Part shown: in pieces, positions 57,636 to 64,000 of the stretch
Numbering within the stretch: the first letter of the stretch is position 1
Layout: every line of letters starts with the position of its first letter
Assembly: GCA_020137815.1 (NCBI GenBank)
Contig: CM035356.1
Span: 4,960,001 to 5,024,000, forward strand
Origin: Hormiphora californensis
Taxonomy: Eukaryota > Animalia > Ctenophora
DNA length: 64,000 nt
Direction: 5' to 3'
Notes under the pieces: generated by a model
Databases searched by the model: none
Told to the model about the DNA's origin: nothing
Seen by the model: the letters and a program-made list of their open reading frames with translations, nothing else
Program-made: the position numbers and the translations under genes

Positions 57636-60600
57636 TTATTTACAGGGCGTTTTTAAACACAACATCATTCTTGAACTACATGAACATGTATCTCCCATCT
57701 CTTTCTCAATTCTCCATTTGTGCTTGCCGCCTTTTGCAGCACTTGTAACTGATTTCTTCTTCTTTTGGCCGGCACCTTTAGTATCATAATCTTTTGCAGC
57801 ACTTGTAACTGATTTCTTCTTCTTTTGGCAGGCACCTTTAGTATCTTTAATGCCTTTTGCAGCACTTGTAACTGATTTCTTCTTCTGGCAGTGTCATGAA
57901 GTACCTTTAATGCCTTTTGCAGCACTTGTAACTGATTTCTTCTTCTTTTGGCCGGTACCTTTAGTAATATAGTACCTTTAATATAGTACCTTTAAATCTT
58001 TAGTAGCAGTTTGGTACATATCTAGATATACTCATGTGCAAAAGAAAAGAGGTAAATATACTTGATGACTAGCTCCTATCACCTGGACCTTGTGAGTGGA
58101 GAGAGTTCCTAGTTAATCTATCTACAGAGAGTTCCTACAGAGTGAATACAGAGGGCGAGCGGGCCAACACCAAACGTTAAGATAGGAAATATCCTGTAGT
58201 TTGGGGAGTGTTGGATGGCCCTCATAACTAGGTGTCCTCTTCCCCAAGACGAGAGCGGCGCACTCATCGCCTCGGCGAAAACACGCTCTCGCTTTCGCGC
58301 TTGTTCCGCTCTCTCGCTTGAACGCTCTCGCTCTCTCTTTTCTCTATACGCCTCTCTCGCGCTTCTCTCGTCGGTCAATCTCTCTCTATCTCTGTCTTTA
58401 TCGCTGTTCGATCGCTGTTCGTTCTCGATTCTCTCGCTATCTTCTATCTCCTTCTATTTAGCGTTTATCACGATCATCTATCCTTTCTCGTTTTCTCTAT
58501 CGTATCCCTTTTGTCCAATCGCTCTCATCTTCCTTCTCTCTTATTAACCTCTCTTATTCTCTTTCTCTATCTTGGGGCCTGTCCCTGATATTTGTCAGGA
58601 GACTGCATAGATCCTCTTTTCGTTGTACCCCCCTCAAGCAACAAGCCTCGTTGTTTCAAAAAAACTGTTTTTGGGTTGGGTTTTTTTTCGTTTCTTTTCC
58701 CTTTTTAGAAACGGGTAACTTTGTATATTGGGGGAAGTGCGGAGAGAGATAAGCCCCCCCCCCCCCACTGGTCCGGGAAGGGGGTAACTCAGTCCGGAAG
58801 TTTGTTTGGGTTTTTTTTATGAACCAACCCCACCGGGGGGGGCCCAAACCTTTTTTTGTGGGGATGAGGGAAAAGCACAATTTTTTTTTGTAGGGGCCCG
58901 AAAAAAAAATCAAAAAAATCAAAAAAATCCTAAAAAAATTTCCAAATTTGTCATCTGTCCGTTTTGGTTTTTCAAACTCCTCCCACATTTTTTGGCTAGC
59001 CCCCCTGAAATTTGTACACGGGTCCCCGGGGACCAAGGGGATGTAATACGGGCTCAGTTTTTGACCCGATCTTTACAGATGACGAAAACGGGGGTGACGT
59101 CATTGCAAAAAAAACTTCTTTTTAAAAAACCTTTTCTAAGGCCCGAAAAGGGGTTTAAAATCAAAAAACTAACCAATAGGGGGGAAAAGAGAATCTTTTG
59201 AACTTCATTTTACTTGATATCATTTCCCTAACCCCCCAATTTTTAAAAGGGTCGTAAATCCGTGGGGAAAAGTTAAAAAATGCCAAAAAATACGTTTTTT
59301 TTTCACCTACCACCCAAAACCCTTATCCAATCGATATAAATTTGGCCCGTTATGTAAATTTTAACCCCCTTTGCCGGGGGTTTCCCGGAAAAGGGGTTTG
59401 GCAAGATTAAATGACCGGATTTCTTAAAATTTCCCACAATTTTGGAATTTTTCGTCGTTTTTTTTTTGGGCGACATATAACGGAACGAGGGGAAATTTTC
59501 AATATTTTAAAATTTTACATGCGCGCAAAAAAGAATTACCACCGGGCGGGGGGCGAAAAAAGCAGCGCTTTTTTGGGGAAATTCGCGCGTTACAGAAAAA
59601 TGTTTTTCCCGCCTCGCCCAAAATTGAAATTTGGGCCATTTTGCTCTAGGAAACCCAAAATTTTTTTTTTAAAAAATCAAACACAAAGTCACCGGGTTAT
59701 ATGACAAAAATTCCATTTACCACCAGGGGTTCCCCAGCAAAGGTCTTATACAAAAAAAATAAAAAAAAGTTTACTGCTGTCGGGAACTTCTTTGGTCCTT
59801 CTCAGGTCCTAGGGGGCGCTCGAGGGTCCCATTGGGCCCTTTTAAAAGGCCTTAGATTTTTTTATTTATTTATTTTACCTTCCCCGTCCCCACGATCCTA
59901 ACTAGAACAAGTCTTACTAACCGGGTCCCCATATTTTTTTTGGGCCGGAGGCCAAAATTTTCCCCCCCTTTTGGCCATTTTTTTTCCCGGGTCAATTAGT
60001 TTTATAAAGTTTTAAGAAGTTTTAACTTAAAATTTAAAAGTCTAAAAAAGGTCGATTTTAAATTATTGATTTACACTTGTGCTATACCCGTGTTAGTATT
60101 TAAAAATTTTGAAAAAAAAATCCCGGGTTTTGAACCCGGGGCCTTTTGCGTGTCAATATATGCCAATAACCAAACCCGGGGGGGAAATGAAAAGACTGCG
60201 ATTAGAGATTAATGTCGCCGCTTAATGGCCCGGGGGGGGGAAAGGGCCCATTCGGCTTTTTCTTTTTTTTGGCCTCCTTTTTGCCTCCCTTTTTTTTCCC
60301 GGCATGAGGGGGAATAATAGGGGATATTCGGCCGAAAAAAGAAATTTCATCAGAAAAAGCTTGGGCACACCCGAATTTTTGGGTGTTTCCAACTAGGATT
60401 TGGAAAGTTTGGTTAGATAACTTTAAAGGGTAGAACCAAAAAAATTTTTTTCGAGTGCAGGGAAATCTCCACCGTAGGGGTTGTGGCCATGCCAAGGGGG
60501 ACCTCAAATAGCAATTTGAGCTCTCAAAATCGAATTATATTTTGCTAAGCGCTTGAAAAAAAGAACTGAAAATATTTTTTTCATCTTAAAAAAACTTTTA

Positions 60601-62401
60601 AAAAATGACAAAAAATTTGTGGATTTGAAGAGGACAACGAGGTGAGTAGCCACAAAAAATTTTTTTGAAATCCGAGCTGATTTTCCGGTCCTGAGATGGA
60701 TTTCTTTTTTTTGACTTTAACGCCATATTTGGCCAAGTTCCGAAAATATGTGAAAGCTGTAAATTGGTCAAAAGTTGCGTCTAGGCGATTATCTAAGTGG
60801 CCATAAATTTTTGGGCGTGTCCTTATTTAAGATAAGCTGTACAGAGTTTTTTTTTCTGAAAGCCGTCATTTCAGAAATAAATAAATTCCCTGTATCTCAA
60901 AAACGGCTGATCGTAGAGACCTGAGACTATGCTTAAACGATTCAGAAGGTCCGATTTTGGGGGGTCTTCTGAGAGACATTTTGCTCTTACTTCAACCGTT
61001 TTTGCTGTAATTGCGAAAAACAAATTCTATGAAAAGGGCAAAAGCTAAACTCCAATATACGTAATTAGGGAATTTTAGCTAAGGAAGGAACCGAAACTAT
61101 GGAAAAATAGTAACAAGCTAATTCCTTCACTATTTGGTCCATATGGGTCCCTATAATCACCAAAAACAACAATCACAAAAAATCCACGATGGCGAAGATG
61201 GGTTTTGTTTTTTGCAATTACAGCAAAACGGTTTGAAGTGAGGAGCAAATGTTTCTCAGAAGACCCCCCTAAATCGGACCTTCTGAATCGTTTAAGCATA
61301 GTCTCAGGTCTCTACGATCAGCCGTTTTTTGAGATACAGGGAATTTATTTATTTCTGAAATGACGACTTTCAGAAAAATAACTCTGTACGACACACCTCA
61401 AATAAGGACGCACCCAAAATTTATGGCCATATAGAGAACGTTGACCTAAAATTTTAGCAATTTACCGCTTTTCACATTTTTTCGGAACTTGGCCAAATAT
61501 GGGTTAAAGTAAAAAAAAAGAAACCCATCTCAGGCCCGGAAATGCTCGGATTTCAAAAAATTTTTTTGGTTCACCTCTTTTCCTTTAAAAATCCAAATTT
61601 TTTTATGACCCTATCTTTAAAAATGTATTTTAAGATCCCAAAAAACTTATTTTCATTCATTTTTCAAGCATTTTTTGTAGCAAAAATATAAATTTCGACT
61701 TGAGGAGCTCAAATGGATATTTGAGGTTTCCCTTTGGCGGGCCTAAACCCTTAGGGAGAGATTTTCCCTCATCGAAAAAAATTTTTGGTTACGTACCCTT
61801 AACCCTGGAATTTTCCATGGAAAAAAAAAAAAAAAAGAAAAAAGGGGTTTATGAGTATACAAAAACTAGAGGACATACAGGCCAGTATAAGGGGACCCCG
61901 AAAAAACCTCTAGAGATTTATGGGGGGCCCCCCAAAAAATTTCCCCTTCAGCAGTTATTTTTTTTATTTTTTTGTTTTTTTTTGTTTTTTTTGAGGGAAA
62001 AAGCAGGGAATTTTTGGGTTTTTTTTTTTGGGGGGGAAACCGTCCCAAAAAATAAAAAAAAATTTTTTTTAAAAACAAAAAAAGTTGGTACCCCCCCACC
62101 CCATTTACAGGCCTAGATTATTTATAAAAAAAAAAAAAATATAAACTTGCTGGTTGGATCAGCTTTAATATTTATTTATTTAGTATATAATAGATTATAT
62201 AAAGGTAAAATGGGTTAGAAAACATCAACAAGTTTAAATTTGAAAAATTTGCGTCTACTTCGTGCCCCGGGTTCTGTACACGTGTAGTAGTTGTTGGCAG
62301 TTCGCCTGAAGAAAGCTATCGACAGTTAGAAGCGTTCGTCTTCCAACTAAGCTGAGAAGAGAGAATAGGATAAAAAAAGGGGGAGGGAAAAGGGGAAAAA
62401 G

Positions 62402-62441
<40 letters not shown>

Positions 62442-63150
62442 AGAGAGAGATCAGAGATAGAGGAATGAACCTGAAGTCTACATTGCTTGCAGTGCAGCTC
62501 CATATTATTTTGCAGTATAATCCCAGTTTCATCATGGTTCTGATGCGTGGTTTACACAGTTTTGAAATTTGTAAAATTTTTCTCTCCCCCTTAATGGCAA
62601 GTTTCACACCCCTTTTACTCACAGCCACGCAAAACCTTTTTTGGTTTAAAATATTTCCATTAGTTCCACCCACAAAAGTCAGTACATCCCAGTGGCACAG
62701 GCTTCAAAACCGGATTGGAAGATTTGAACTTCTGTGCCACTGGACACTGAATAGTGTGTTTGTGTGTGTATTGTGAGTTTAGTGTATCTTCAGAAAGTGC
62801 TCGACAGTGTTACCTGAACTAATCAGTATCTCTTCATCGTAAAATGTTATAATGATTTCTAAGTACTTGCTTTGCTATGCTGTAGTTCAGTTTTACGACA
62901 TGTTATGATATCATCCAACTTTATAAGCTGTGTGGTTTTAATAGATCACCACCACATAATATGTATATAGTTCATGGTATACCTATATCTGCCCCCCCCC
63001 CCGGCCCATTCAGTAACAAGTGATTACTGATTATATATTCTCACACTACTACGCTCATCAGACACCTGTGTGTGTGTTGTGTGATACTCTTTGCAAGTAC
63101 GGTTTTTGACTTTGCCCACCACTGCTTGTTGTTGAGGTCCTCTCTCTCTC

Positions 63151-63231
<81 letters not shown>

Positions 63232-63678
63232 CTCTGTTATTGATCGTTCTTTGATTTTTCTCACTTCTTTTCTCTCATCTCGCACACGTTCTATCCCATA
63301 CATTGCTTGTTGTTCTCTCAGTGTTGAATAAGATATTCCAAGATATACAAGATATAACACGATGTATTGTACATCATCCATTACCTCTCTGTTTTAAATT
63401 GTTGTACAATTGTTATAGTGCTGAATGACAACACTTTACATGGACACACTGTTTGGAGGTAAGATAAAACTACAAAATTTTAGTTTTTTACATTGAAATC
63501 TCGAGTAGAAATTTAAAAGAATATATTGTCACCCTCTCTCTCGATTACTACATTGAGCTTGGCAAGCATAATATTACTGATTGAAGTCCGATCATCAATT
63601 CTTCCTCAAGTATGTATGTCGTGTGAGGGAAAGAGGGAGAGACAGGGAGAGACAGAGAGAGAGAGACAGAGAGAGAGA

Positions 63679-63777
<99 letters not shown>

Positions 63778-63778
63778 C

Positions 63779-63817
<39 letters not shown>

Positions 63818-64000
63818 CTTCAAAGCCATGCTCCACTCCTATATGATCTGCCCCTCTTCCACCTCACGCACCAGTAATACCACCCTTCAGCCTTAGCCCT
63901 CACTACCACAGTAATGGCTCCAACAATACAAATAACCAGTGCAGCAATAGGGGTTATCACCAGCAGGTGCCTTGATATACTTTCAATGAGTTCAAATTTA
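57636..64000 (-). CDS. Putative multi-exon gene running out of the window, with a possible transmembrane segment
   Basis: scattered exon-like blocks with donors near 58082, 62468 and 62813; hydrophobic stretch LLVITPIAALVICIVGAITVVV at ~63900-63966; full model not reconstructed. Confidence 0.3.
57728..57965 (-). repeat. ~60-bp tandem repeat (4 copies), apparently spanning a minus-strand acceptor
   Basis: minus strand ACTAAAG|GTGCCGGCCAAAAGAAGAAGAAATCAGTTACAAGTGCTGCAAAAG; the last copy continues as GGKHKWRIEKEMGDTCSC...CK-stop. Confidence 0.7.
60427..61798. mobile_element. Second, diverged copy of the TTAA-flanked foldback family seen at 16208-17507, with a different ~185-bp spacer
   Basis: shared arm sequences TCGAGTGCAGGGAAATCTC and GATTCAGAAGGTCCGATTTTGGGGGGTCTTCTGAG; ends CGTACCC|TTAA; outer arms are error-rich. 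Confidence 0.8.

Noticed and set aside
58200-62200. K/F/G/P-rich ORFs
   Set aside because: Homopolymer-rich degraded consensus over TE sequence, shown by comparison with the cleaner family copy at 16208-17507

Overview
Eukaryotic (animal) genomic DNA with spliceosomal introns, (CT)n/(GA)n microsatellites and many transposons. It is probably a ctenophore of the Pleurobrachia type, judged only from my recollection of a 109-bp MITE whose translation reads EPTETSKQPIRTRYLGHVTGYQPIRDQYF. From left to right: (1) an apparently intact CR1/L2-group LINE with a -1 slippery site between ORF1 and ORF2; (2) an ORF1-only LINE derivative with the same 3' end motif; (3) five tandem intronless BTB/POZ genes with hypervariable C-termini, two of them disrupted; (4) two large non-coding foldback DNA transposons (GG...CC termini, 8-bp TSD) that share an internal module; (5) a co-oriented run of spliced genes: a C2H2 zinc-finger gene, ARMC9, WDR13 and an orphan gene. 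WDR13 introns hold an inverted Penelope-like fragment with two hammerhead ribozymes and a nested gene with a P2X7 ballast/Nanor-like domain. The most unusual pattern is that most genic minisatellites are tandem amplifications of an exon-intron junction, including about 107 copies of the WDR13 acceptor plus start codon. Several stretches (about 3.95-4.17, 22.5-22.9, 42.5-43.0 and 58.2-62.2 kb) look like low-quality consensus. Exon coordinates were traced by eye.
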